This document shows positions 1-12,163 of a DNA stretch of 64,000 nt, in pieces. The stretch comes from Balanoglossus misakiensis (lineage: Eukaryota; Animalia; Hemichordata). The first letter of the stretch is position 1, and each line of letters starts with the position of its first letter. The position numbers and the translations under genes were made by a program. The notes under the pieces are model-generated. The model had not been told where the DNA came from. It saw only the letters and a list, made by a program, of their open reading frames with translations, and ran no database searches. The DNA is taken from assembly GCA_040954595.2 (NCBI GenBank), contig CM082598.2, positions 6,959,097 through 7,023,096 on the forward strand, written 5' to 3'.

Positions 1-469
1 AAGTCAAATTGAACATTCTGACATGGTGGACCTAATACACACAATGCATTCATTTAATTCAACTCTATCATTTAAAGCTACATTAACGTGGAGACATCCA
101 ACTCAAAAAATGTGTCACGGCCACCATGGTCCCATTTAGGGCTTACACAGAAAGAGTCTACACCGGAGTACATATACAGACACACACACAAATAGAGAGA
201 TCAATAGGCAAACACTGACTGACCCATAAGCTGCCAATGGCATGTGGAATGTACATAGACCAAGTAGAACAGCTGGTCTCTTTAACAGTTAGCCAGTTAT
301 GTAAACATGCAGGAATTTGCTGTGTATACAAATCTCAGAGGGGTGCATTTTTTATTACAAAGAACTATGTACTGGAAATTGTTCTTAAAAAATTGTGGTA
401 TGAGACAAAATATCCTACAAAATATAAAAGTTCCAAATTACCTATGATTTGATTCCATAATATTTCTAA

Positions 470-1345
470 AGAAACCAATCCCATTAACTTACAACCCGAA
501 TTTTAAAGTAATCAGCCATACAGAATACACTTTCTGAGAAATATAATTTTTTTATCAAAATTGGAAAATATGCTCCCAAAATACAAGATATTGCCCCCAC
601 AAAACATTGACACTTTAATCATCATGACAACTCACCCGGGAACCTTCAAATCAAAATTCAAAGCAATGGGGTGGAGGGTTCTGAGAAAAAGTTTGACCAA
701 AACTATGCTAAATGTATTGAATTCTTCACGTTGATTTGAAATCCATACATGCAAATCTTACTTGAGGTACCCCTAGGAACATACCTTCCAAATTTCAAAG
801 CAATCTGACAGCAGTTTTAGAGAAAACATATTTGATCAAAAAAGGCAAAAATGATAAATATGCAAATTTTGAAACAATTTAAAGAAAACTATGGTAACTC
901 AGATCACATATATGAAGCTTCATACTAAATTTCAAAGAAGTCAGCTGATCAATTCTAGAAAAGTAGATTTTTTTACCAAAATGTGAAAAAATATATAAAG
1001 ATTAGAAAATTCTCACTCAAAACATACAGGACTGTGTTAGGTTGACATAAGGTACATGCATACCAATTTTCAAATCAATATGACCAGTGGTTGTTGAGTT
1101 TCTGAGTTTTGACCGATTTCCCGTTTTACCCAGCTAATTTGCATATTTTGGCAATGGCAACTTCATTTGAACAAACTCCTATCTACAGCCCTTATTGCAT
1201 CTGCACACCAAATATTGAGGTTATACACGTAGCCGTTTTCAAGTCATTGATGGACATACAGACATACACACATCCATCCATCCATACTTACATACAGACG
1301 CAACTGATTCCATAAGGTACCATGGTATATATATATAACCAAATT
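470..1345. repeat. Non-autonomous interspersed element with degenerate internal subrepeats and a (CATA/CAGA/CATC)n microsatellite near one end (HINE/Helentron-associated-like)
   Basis: Recurrent 'ccaaatttcaaagcaat...ttctgagaa' subunits; catacagacatacacacatccatccatcc at 1255-1300; a similar end at about 170-245. Confidence 0.45.
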
Positions 1346-1438
1346 GAACCTGATGATATTAGCACCCCAATACTATTATGCACACCTTATCTTGTTGTAC
1401 CTCTTACGCCATGTTGTCTGTTTTTGTTTCTTGGATAG

Positions 1439-2510
1439 GATGGCAACACAGCACTCCACATGGCAGCAATGAGCGAAGTGTCTTGGAGGGATTAGGGACC
1501 GTTCAGTTTTTACGGCAGGGGGGGGGGCGGCAAGTTTGTGTCATCGGTTTTCAAAATCAGGCCGACCCCCCCTTCACCCAGCCCAAAAAAATGATGACCC
1601 CCCCTTTGACAGACCCAAAAATATGATGACCCCCCCCCCCCCCACGCCGAAAACATTCGCCGTCCTGATCCTATGTATACACTATATGCAATAAAGGGAA
1701 TGGGGCTCCTCACCCCTCAATTATAAATGTTTTAAAGTATTTGAATTATTTAATAATATTGTTGTAATAAAGAAATCTATGAACAAAATAAAATGACAAG
1801 TCAATACAATAGTTGCTAGAATTGGTAAAACAAGAAAAGTGGCGGGGGTGGGCGTGGGAAGGGGTGTCTCCCTCGCACATAAGAAAATTTTGTAAAATAT
1901 GTAGCTCAAAGTTGCATTTTTATGAACTCAAAAGCAAATTCATCTCAATGTTTGGGAGGACCAATTTTATTTTTTGCCATTCCATTCAAAGTTAGAAGAT
2001 TTGGCGTCATCTTCGTCAGGACATCATTTATAAAACTTCCAGCATATAGAAGATGCAGCACGAAACTATCAGTTATGCAAAATGGTTTAAACGTTTATTC
2101 TCCTTTATGTATTAACTTTGTTAAATATTATCATCAGTGGGTTTGGGGTGGCAAGCACTCTGCCCTGGTAGAATAGTCAAACCAACAAAAATCGATATGT
2201 TGCAAAGAATGTAGGGGGTGGGTGTGGGAGGGGGTGTCCCCCTCCCACATTAGAAAATTTTGTAAAATAAAGGGCGCGAAACTGCAATTTTGTGGACTCA
2301 AAAGCAAAAGTTTGGTGGCAAAAGTATGTGACCCCCCCCTAAACGTTTAAAAAAAAACAGATGACCCCCCCCTTTTGGACTTCAAAATTCAAGTGACCCC
2401 CCCCTGGATTTTGCCGGCCCCCCCCCGGCCGTAAAAACTGAACGGTCCCTTATGGGAAAATTGTGAAACTATTGTTGCAATATGGAGCTGATATTGACTG
2501 CAAGAATAAG
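1439..2510 (+). CDS. Ankyrin-repeat exon (114 nt when reconstructed, phase 0-0) disrupted by a transposon
   Basis: Removing 1495-2452 gives DGNTALHMAAMSEVSWRDYGKIVKLLLQYGADIDCKNK; AG at 1437-1438, GT at 2511. Confidence 0.9.
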
Positions 2511-5500
2511 GTACAATCTTCCACATTTTTTATTCCATGACAATCTAGACCTGAACCATGTGTTCTGACCAACTCCCATTTTGTCAAGTAGTTAATCTTC
2601 ATAATCTTTGAATTTGAAATGCACAATTTTATCAATGTCTTGAAATTGCCTCAACACTATTTGTGATAACAAAGCACTCCTAAAGCAGTATCAGTTTGCA
2701 CAGGGGTCCACTTTCCATTGTATTTTTCATGGTGAATTGTGTCGAGGATAAAATGTATCTATTTGCCATTGTCCTTTGAATCAAAACTACTCCCTCTATC
2801 CCTCTATCAGGTGAGGTGTTGTACAGGCAGGTGTTGACTCATGACGGTCGATGCCAATCCTATCTTTGAGACTTTCTATCTCCACTTTCAGCGATGAGGA
2901 GCTTATCAGATAGGACGATTGTCCATTTGCACCTGTCATCTGAAAACTCCTGTCTGTCACCTAATACAATTGATCATAAGGAGGCACCATGGAATAATTT
3001 GTCATTGTCCTTTGAATCAAAACTACTCCCTCTATTGGGTCAGGTGTTGTACAGGCAGGTGTTGACTGATGACGGTCGATGCCAATCCTGTCTTTGAGAC
3101 TTTCTATCTTCGCTTTCAGCGATGTGGAGCTTATCAGATAGGATGATTGTCTATTGGTTTGTGGCATCTGCCAACTCCTGTCTGTCACCTAATACAATTG
3201 ATCATAAGGAGGTACCATGTAATAATTTGTCATTGTCCTTTGAATCAAAACTACTCCCTCTATTGGGTCAGGTGATGTACAGGCAGGTGTTGACTGATGA
3301 CGGTCGATGCCAATCCTGTCTTTGAGACTTTCTATCTTTGCTTTCAGTGTTGTGGAGCATATCAGATAGGGCGATAGTCTGTCGGCCTCCAGCATCTAAC
3401 TCCTGTCTGTCACCGAATAATGTGACAATTCATAATAAGGAGTTCTTTTGTCTTCTGTCTTATTTGTGTTTTAAATAATACTATACTTTTGGAAGGAGTT
3501 TATGATACAGTGTGATGGAAAAAAGGAATCAGTGTTAATTTTCCTCAGATGATTGTTGATTTTGTGAAATTCAGGTTTTGTTCACTATTAAACATGTCAC
3601 AAAACAAAATTAAAAATAATTGACTTTTATATTACATTAGAATTTAATGAATTTTGAATTATGGCTATCTGTTACATTATTACTACTTTTATAGACATTA
3701 ACATCATAATTAATGTTTCAATTCTATTTATCCGAAATAAATTAGACTGGAAAGACACCACTTGATGTCGCTGGAGAAGAGTCTAGTAAGGAGGTGCTGT
3801 CGGATTACATTCAGGTGAGTGAAATATTTATATTACGATGAATTTTAATAATATACAACCTGAAGTGTGCTCATTCTGATTCATCTTGAATTAAAAGTGA
3901 CCACATTTATATCGATATGATATAAATTATGACTTAATGTGGTGTCACTCTTAACTGTACTCTCCAAACCCACAAATAAAATTGTATTTTGTGATTTATT
4001 TATTCCAGAAACGAAACGAGTACAATGTCCTGATGAAGGAATCAGGTATGGAATGTGACATTTTAAAGTTGTTCTTCGCTGGAGATGGTGGAGTTGGTAA
4101 GACTACATTATTGGAGTCACTTCAGAGGGTATGTTAATATTTTTTTTGGATTTGCATAAAAGGGCTAGTATGCCATATTACAATAAATAAGGGTTGTTTG
4201 TGTGAAAGTTTGCAAACTGGTTAAAATGATGGGCTAGAGTAAATTCTTAATGAAAAACCCTTACTCACTGTCCTAAAATGTGATTGGTGAAGCAAAAGAT
4301 GCCTGTCATGAAAAAAACTGCATGTGAAGTAAAATTGTCGCAACTGTTTCAAAACAAACGATTGGCAGAATAAAAGCGCAATACATCGCATACAAAATCT
4401 TTCGTGCACCAGCGATATTAAGAAAATATTTAGACAAACATTTGTAATCTCATCGCATATAAAGAAACTGCTGTAGATCGGAATGCCACAGGTGAATGTA
4501 TCAATATGTGACACAGGATAATTAAAACATACGCTTGGTAGACGAAATTTTGTTGTATTTTGAAAATATATACTGGGCTTGAATTGTGAAGGTTCATAGC
4601 ATTTTTTCAAGCCTTTAAAGAGGGTGGGATTGAGATTGTATTTCATTTGTTGTTTGTGTGTTTTGATTATCCATGGCCCCTGAAAATGGAATATTGTAGT
4701 CACATATTGCGCAGCTATGCTTTTGTATATACCTGTCATATTGAAACAACTTTGCATGCATAATTTCCACTGTTTAATTTAAATTTATTGTACAATTGAA
4801 TTCTGTCATATTTTGAAGCTATATACAGCACTTGAATTGTGAAGTTCATAGCATAAACTCCTTATTGCATTCATTTTTCCGAATATTTCTGAGGTTATAT
4901 TCATTTGTTGTTGATTATCCACGGCCCCTGAAAAGGGAATATTGTAGTCACACACTGCACAGCTATGCTTATGTATGTCCCAGTCATATTGGAACAACTG
5001 TGCATGCATTTTTAAATTTAAATTGACTCTATTTAAATGTATTGTTTAAAGGGACAAAGTCTCTCTGGCTGCCCTTTTTACATTAATTATGTTTGATACA
5101 AGACACCGTTTATGTTATTCTACATGTGGATATATAGTGAACCAACGTTTGACCACACACAATTTCCATCCCACTTGTAGAGACGAGGGTGAAAAACTCG
5201 CCAAAATGAACAAACGGTAGACACCGATTATTCATTTTGGCGAGATTTTATACTCTCATATCCTACAAACGGGATGGAAGTTGCGTGTGGTCTAACGCTG
5301 ATTCATTATGTATCCACATGTAGAATAGCATAAATGATGTTTTGTATCAAACATAATTAATGGAAACAGGGCTGAGATAGAGAGACTTTGTCCATTTAAT
5401 TTAATTCCTCAGGTTAGCTAGTGCAGCTTAGACAATTTAATGAAATCTGATGCAGAGTCACAAGCAAATATGGTTAGCACAAAGACCAGAAAACTCATAA

Positions 5501-8500
5501 AATAACTAGAATTCTTTTTCTTTCACTCCCACTAATCAAAGATTAAAGAAACAACCATGGAATCGGAAGAACGTGAACACATTCCCACACCTGGTATCGA
5601 TGTCCAAAGTGTTAAAATTCCTGACGTAGGAAATGTCAGTGTTTGGGATTTTGCCGGCCAGGCTGAGTATTACGTCACTCATAACATGTTTCTGGGAGCA
5701 CCCAATGCTGTCTCAATATTGGTGTTTAAAACTACAGACGAGAATGGTAAACTCAACACCTTTGAAGGTGTGTTCCCACAGGTAAGAATCTTCACAGTCA
5801 AGTTAGACTGTATATCTGTATGTTTTGCATTGTTTATCACTTTCCAAGTTTTATCTGTAGGAATGGAAAATATTGCTGTTTGAGAAACTTTATTCTGTGT
5901 GCCACACTATCTCGGTCACCATTCATGGCTTTTTGATAGAGTTGCAGATATTTCTATAATTAGTCTCCTGTAGAACCAACATGCCATTTTTGTTCAATAA
6001 TTATTTCACACTGTGAATCACAAACATAGCTCCACATATTACCTGAATCATGAGAAATATCATACTGGATTCAATTCATGACCTAGTTGACTCAAAATTA
6101 CTGCTGTTCTTGATACAAATATTTTTATTTGTAGATTTTGTTTTGGTTGCGGTTTCTGAAAGGAACAACCCACATGGACAGGTATTCATTTGATAAGTCA
6201 GATGAAGGATATGAGAAACCAGTGGTGATATTGGTTGCAAGTCGAGCTGATAGGCTGAAGAAAGAATTCATGGCTCAAGGTTGGTGTAACTCATTACTAA
6301 CAACTTAACCTCTTAACCTAACTTGCAATCCTACCATTGTAGCCTCAAAAAGCTTGGACCTAACCTGAGAAAGCTCAAACTAGTTTTGGCATTGATTGTA
6401 TGACATATAAATGAATTATTTTGTCTCAATCAGCTAGTGGTCATTACAAGTGTATATTCATGTTGTGATTTCACAGGACGTCTTTTGCTGAAGAAAGTTC
6501 TCAAAGAAGCAAAGAAGATGTTTAATGAATATCTAGACATACCGAGTGGCATATTTCTTTTGAATTGCCGGGATTCGATGGACAGTGAAATGAAGAAACT
6601 CCGTCACTGTTTACATCAGCACAAGGTAACTATGCATTCTTGTATTCAGTGCCAAGTTTATTAAAGCTATAACACCTACTACTTGTTTCATTCATTATTT
6701 TACGTTCAAACTTAGAATGGTCCATTTGAACTTTAAAGGGTCTATGACATGCTATAAAAAGTTTTTATTTTTCCCCGTCAAAAGCTCACCTAGGGTACCT
6801 GTCTATGCATTGCTTATTGTGTCGGTTCCGAAAAATGTGCGTAAATGCCGGAATTTGCCACCTTTTTTCATGCCTGTAATTAGGGAGCCACTTCGCACTC
6901 GAGCCAGGCGAAGGTATTTGCATATGGACAAACAAGTACACTACATCGTAGTGTACCATTCTGTTTACAGTAAAGTGTAATTAGCGGTCGATGAGTAATT
7001 AAGTCCACAGACAAAGGCAAGCTACATAAACAGTGTTCAAAGCAAAGGAAGCCCTTGCCTCACATTACAGGCAGAGGATTTACAAAGGTGTGAAAGACTA
7101 TTTGTCCATATCAAGATAAGTCTTCGGCTTAACTTCGAAAAGCCGAACAAAATCGACTGAGTTGGGTTAGGGGTACACGCCCACCCGCCACTTTTACTTG
7201 CTTGTTATCTAAGCACAAGGGTCAAAACGCATTGCAAGATAGTAACATACGTTAACTTTAAGACCCAAATAGTGATTTTACGCGTGGTTGTATAGGGCAT
7301 GTCATACGCACTTTAAAGCTTACTAATCTGTATACACAAATGTATTACCAACCTCTGATTGTGGCTGTATGTTTACAAGGTAAATAATAAGTGGGTGCCA
7401 CACCCATTTATTTAGCCTCCCATTGGAAGAGTACACAGCTATTGTCGTATGCATATGTGAATTTTAGAATCTCCACAAACTCAAAATAACGTCTATCTGC
7501 CAAGGATAAGCAGAAGTCTGGAGTTACTTGATAACAATATGCCATAAGTGGCAGCTATTTGGGCATTAATTAAAAAAAAACATTGATGTGCCCATCTTTA
7601 TTCTTAGAAAGTGAAAATGCTTCCAAGCGTGTGTTCCAAGATAATGGAAAAGAAGAGGGAATTATATGATGACTTCCCAGCTCTTTATTGGACAGAATAT
7701 GTGTCAAGAATCAAAGAAATATACCCGACGATTGAGGAAAGTTTCTTACGAAAAGCCACCAACTATCTGCATGACATAGGAGAGGTCAGTAACAAGAAAC
7801 ATCATGTTGCTCATCCATTCTCAAGTACCAAAATGTTTCTATAGTGACAAATCAGATTTAGTAATTTCACCCTATTAAGGCCAAAAAAATTATATGTGCT
7901 GTTCCAATTACATAGTTTTCAAAAATAGGGTAGGTAGGGAAATTTTTTTATTTGGCATTTGTTTATATCTTTAGCCGCCGTAGTGTAGAAGAATGACATC
8001 ATAGTTCTTGCATGTTTTACGCAATTTTCATAAATTTTGTATATTTGACATCGTTGTTTTTTACTTTCAGTTTTCAAAGCTCTAAAAAGTTTAGGGTCAG
8101 CGGGCTAAAAGAAGGGTGAGTCGGGTAATCGGAACAGCACATATTTTTTATTTTGGCCTAATGTATGATTGCAATTTTGCGACTCAAAATGGATTCTTAC
8201 ATTAATTAAGTTAATTTGTAATTCTTATTCTATTTTGAGTCCCAAAATTTCAGTCATAATAACTTGGTACAAAAAATATGTACCATGATGTTCATACCCA
8301 CATTTATTCATCCATTTTGACTGCCTGACAACCATTAATTATTATTTCTGAAGAGATTTTATTGAATCTTACTATGAGCTAAATATGCTCATGTGTTTAG
8401 GACTGAAAATGTGCAAATTTATGCAATGAATTATCATCAAATTCAACATTCCTTCAATTCAGCTTATATCTATTATCAATTGCATGATCTCATCAAGGTT

Positions 8501-10306
8501 GTCCATATGCAAATTTGCAGTTTATTTATTAGAAACTGGCAGAGTGTTATTAAATACAGTATAGTAAATGTAAAGACAGTTTCACCAGTTTCAATAAATT
8601 TGAATGAATATTTAACAATTTAGTGCAATTATAGCTTTAAATCGGAGGTTATTAAACAAATTTTATGCAACTTACTCGTGATAAATATTTCATAAGTATA
8701 TTAATAGATAATAGAAATCAGTTGCATTGAAAAAGAATTGAAATTTATTGCTTAAATTAAATTTGTACATTTTTCAAGTTTTTGTCAAACTATAAACATG
8801 TGAGCATAATCAGTTCATAATGGGTCCATGTATGGTAAAATATCCCTTTTTTGTCCTTAGCTTTTGCTTGTGAAGAAGTCATCTCCTGACACAGATGATA
8901 TTGTTGCATTGGATCCAAAATGGCTGTGCTCCAGAATCTTTGGGCCGATGTTGGCTACCCATTTATTCGCACAGTTCAGTAGCTGGTTTGACAGACAGAC
9001 TTTTCACTCCATGGGTGCGATAAAGGATGTACTTGGTAAAGGTGTCAACTACAAACTTCTTGTCAGACTTCTGGAGGATTTCGAACTTGCTTATCCAGTG
9101 GATATAGAGGTGGATCCTACAGATGACGATGTTGAGTCAAACACTCATACAGATGAAGATAGCGAACCAGACTCCATAGGTGATGAAGAACGGAAAAAAG
9201 CTTTTGTCATACCAGGGCTTCAAGACGACGATATGCCTGAAGGTCAATGGGAAGTGAGTCGAATGAAGACCATCTACCTTGGAAGACGTTTTGAATGCCA
9301 CGATGAAACAGATTCCTTTACGGCAGGCTTTTTCCCAAGATTACAGACCCGTCTATATAAGCATTTCACAGAGCTTGGCCGACCGCCCAGTGGCTTATGG
9401 AAAAATGGTATCAAAGTGTGCCATGATGTTGAAGGTCTTGTCTTTATGACCAATGGCAGAAGGGCAGTCAATGTCTGTGTACGAGTTGAAGACAAGAAGT
9501 TGATTGGGAAGGGCCACAAACTTCTTGAGACGGTTTCCAAAGACATACAGGATGTCTTCTCAATCGCATGTCCAGGCAACAGGATGGATCAGCTTATCCT
9601 GAGTGCAGATTCTCTTGCAAACCACAGCAACATGGAAAAAGTAGAGTTTTACACTCTCGATGAGGTACTACTTGCAGAAGACACTTGGAAGAAAGTGTAC
9701 AACAAAAAAGTTGGTAAAGAAGAAGATGTTTGTGACCTACTTTGTCAAGGTCATGACACGACCATCTTACGAAAGAAGTGGAAACGCTGTGATATCAAAT
9801 GGATGCTTGAAGATACCAGACAAGAAGTGACCATGAAAATGGACATTGAGCGTGGACACCCTTCCTTGCACTATGCCACCATGGCCGAATGGATGGGAAT
9901 CGGGTACCAGGATGTCATGGCACTTGAAAAAGTGGCAAGTCTAACACGCAGATCAGTTACAGACTGCATCTTCGAAGAGTGGTGTCGCAGATGGATGCAA
10001 CAACATCAAAGTGGAAAAGCCACAACTACAGCTGCAGGTGCCAGAGCCATGTCACATGACATAGATGCCACCAAAGGTCGTATGGCAAAAATGTCACTGT
10101 CGTCAACATCGTCACCCCCGCAAGATTCAAGTGAAGAAGCGAAGGCTCAGAAAACAGCAAGACAGAAGTATCCACGTGAACAGGGACCTCTCTACGAAAG
10201 CAACTTTGAGAATCTGTTGGCAATTTTCAAGACCATGGGAAGAGACGACATGGTAACATTGATTGAAGAGATGTTTGCAGACATTGCGAAAACACCAACA
10301 AAATGA
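1439..10306 (+). CDS. Spliced ROCO-family gene (ankyrin-Roc GTPase-COR-death domain; DAPK1-like), 5' end outside window. Exons: 1439-2510 (interrupted by TE), 3746-3814, 4009-4128, 5542-5781, 6135-6279, 6477-6625, 7608-7784, 8861-10306
   Basis: All exons have AG/GT boundaries with compatible phases. Ankyrin DGNTALHMAA...YGKIVKLLLQYGADIDCKNK/TGKTPLDVA; P-loop GDGGVGKT; switch I HIPTPGID; G3 VWDFAGQAEYY; G4-like LVASRAD; COR LHDIGE..LDPKWLCSRIFG..GFFPRLQ..LWKNG; C-terminal death-domain-like EEW...GRDD. Confidence 0.9.
1495..2449. mobile_element. Non-autonomous PIF/Harbinger-type DNA transposon (955 bp)
   Basis: TIR gggaccgttcagtttttacggc / gccgtaaaaactgaacggtccc; TTA TSD at 1492-1494 and 2450-2452; subterminal (tgacccccc) repeats. 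Confidence 0.9.
2760..3415. repeat. About 3 tandem copies of a 228-bp unit
   Basis: Units begin at about 2760, 2997 and 3225; near-identical ORFs are offset by 228. Confidence 0.9.
4009..4128 (+). CDS. Roc domain P-loop exon
   Basis: KRNEYNVLMKESGMECDILKLFFAGDGGVGKTTLLESLQR between ttccag and gtatgt. Confidence 0.9.
4556..5025. repeat. Two diverged tandem copies of about 250 bp
   Basis: tattttgaa...cttgaattgtgaa...ggcccctgaaaa...gtagtcaca...tgcatgcat at about 4556 and 4809. Confidence 0.75.
5050..5395. mobile_element. MITE with TTAA TSD (Kolobok-like)
   Basis: ttaa|agggacaaagtctctct ... agagagactttgtccat|ttaa; long imperfect hairpin; second copy at 20395-20737. Confidence 0.8.
6737..7312. 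mobile_element. MITE with TTAA TSD (Kolobok-like)
   Basis: ttaa|agggtctatgacatgc ... gcatgtcatacgcact|ttaa. Confidence 0.7.
7879..8158. mobile_element. Harbinger-type MITE
   Basis: taa|ggccaaaa..atatgtgctgttcc ... ggaacagcacatat..ttttggcc|taa. Confidence 0.8.
8861..10306 (+). CDS. Terminal exon: COR domain plus death domain
   Basis: 480-aa ORF preceded by the polypyrimidine acceptor ttttttgtccttag; DAPK-like COR and death-domain motifs. Confidence 0.9.
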   Translation, partial: LLLVKKSSPDTDDIVALDPKWLCSRIFGPMLATHLFAQFSSWFDRQTFHSMGAIKDVLGKGVNYKLLVRLLEDFELAYPVDIEVDPTDDDVESNTHTDEDSEPDSIGDEERKKAFVIPGLQDDDMPEGQWEVSRMKTIYLGRRFECHDETDSFTAGFFPRLQTRLYKHFTELGRPPSGLWKNGIKVCHDVEGLVFMTNGRRAVNVCVRVEDKKLIGKGHKLLETVSKDIQDVFSIACPGNRMDQLILSADSLANHSNMEKVEFYTLDEVLLAEDTWKKVYNKKVGKEEDVCDLLCQGHDTTILRKKWKRCDIKWMLEDTRQEVTMKMDIERGHPSLHYATMAEWMGIGYQDVMALEKVASLTRRSVTDCIFEEWCRRWMQQHQSGKATTTAAGARAMSHDIDATKGRMAKMSLSSTSSPPQDSSEEAKAQKTARQKYPREQGPLYESNFENLLAIFKTMGRDDMVTLIEEMFADIAKTPTK

Positions 10307-10414
10307 ACAGATAACATCATGGGCATAACAATTATTCCTTCTGTTGTGCAAATTTGCCACCATCATAATTTCTGGGGCCAACACTGGAGTTTATTCTGTC
10401 CTCGTCTCTGTATG

Positions 10415-12163
10415 CCTATGGACATATCACATGGACATGACTGCAAAATGGACACAGATCATTTATGAAGTCAATTTGAAACAACTTTACTTGAAGTCAG
10501 TACATTGTAAACAGAATACCAGAGTTGTAATAATTTGTCTGATCATAATATGTTTATAGACACATCACGTACATGGAAATGAATGCAAGAATGGACACAG
10601 ATCATTTATGAAGTCAATTTGAAACAATTTTACTTGAAGTCAGTACATTGTAAACAATACCAGAGTTGTAATAATTTGTCTGATCATAATATGTCTATAG
10701 ACACATCACGTAAATGGACATGAATGCAAGAATGGACACCGATCATTATAAAGTCAATGTGAGCAACTTTACTTGAAGTCAGTACATTGTAAACAGAATA
10801 CCAGAGTTGTAATAATTTGTCTGATCATAATATGTCTATAGACACATCACGTTAATGGACATGAATGCAAGAATGGACACCGATCATTATAAAGTCAATG
10901 TGAGCAACTTTACTTGAAGTCAGTACATTGTAAACAGAATACCAGAGTTGTAATAATTTGTCTGATCATAATATGTTTATAGACACATCACGTACATGGA
11001 AATGAATGCAAGAATGGACACAGATCATTTATGAAGTCAATTTGAAACAATTTTACTTGAAGTCAGTACATTGTAAACAATACCAGAGTTGTAATAATTT
11101 GTCTGATCATAATATGTCTATAGACACATCACGTAAATGGACATGAATGCAAGAATGGACACCGATCATTATAAAGTCAATGTGAGCAACTTTACTTGAA
11201 GTCAGTACATTGTAAACAGAATACCAGAGTTGTAATAATTTGTCTGATCATAATATGTCTATAGACACATCACGTTAATGGACATGAACGCAAGAATGGA
11301 CACCGATCATTATAAAGTCAATGTGAGCAACTTTACTTGAAGTCAGTACATTGTAAACAGAATACCAGAGTTGTAATAATTTGTCTGATCATAATATGTC
11401 TATAGACACATCATGTACACGGACATCAATGCAAGAATGGACACAGATCATTTATGAAGTCAATGTGAGCAGCTTTACTTGAAGTCAGAACATTGTAAAC
11501 AGAATACCAGAGTTGTAATAATTTGTCTGACCATAATATGTCTATAGACACATCACGTTAATGGACATGAATGCAAGAATGGACACAGATCATTTATGAA
11601 GTCAATGTGAACAACTTCACTTGAAGTCAGTACATTGTAAACAGAATACCAGAGTTGTAATAATTTGTCTGATCATAATATGTCTATAGACACATCACGT
11701 TAATGGACATGAATGCAAGAATGGACACAGATCATTTATGAAGTCAATGTGAACAACTTCACTTGAAGTCAGAACATTGTAAACAGAATACCAGAGTTGT
11801 AATAATTTGTCTGACCATAATATGTCTATAGACACATCACGTTAATGGACATGAATGCAAGAATGGACACAGATCATTTATGAAGTCAATGTGAGCAGCT
11901 TTACTTGAAGTCAGAACATTGTAAACAGAATACCAGAGTTGTAATAATTTGTCTGATCATAATATGTCTATAGACACATCACGTTAATGGACATGAATGC
12001 AAGAATGGACACAGATCATTTATGAAGTCAATGTGAGCAGCTTTACTTGAAGTCAGAACATTGTAAACAGAATACCAGAGTTGTAATAATTTGCCTGATC
12101 ACACTATGTCTATAGACACATCACGTTAATGGACATGAATGCAAGAATGGACACAGATCATTC
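10415..12163. repeat. Tandem array of about 12 copies of a 141-143-bp unit, directly downstream of the ROCO stop codon
   Basis: atggacacagatcatttatgaagtcaat...cacatcacgttaatggacatgaatgcaaga recurs at 10448, 10591, 10732, 10873 and onward. Confidence 0.95.

Noticed and set aside
1495-2449. Element acting as an introner that is cleanly spliced out
   Set aside because: There is no AG acceptor at its 3' end, and the in-frame TAG (1493-1495) precedes the first internal GT.
3065-3100. CTGATGA in the 228-bp repeat as a hammerhead core
   Set aside because: No GAAA follows the putative stem II, and there is no stem I or III.
4221-4757. 178-aa minus-strand ORF
   Set aside because: It lies in an intron, overlaps a tandem duplication, and has no recognisable motif.
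9274-10384. Antisense and alternative-frame ORFs over the terminal ROCO exon
   Set aside because: These are shadows of the real coding frame.
10415-12163. Regular repeats as a CRISPR array
   Set aside because: Units are contiguous and near-identical with no unique spacers, no cas genes are present, and the context is eukaryotic.
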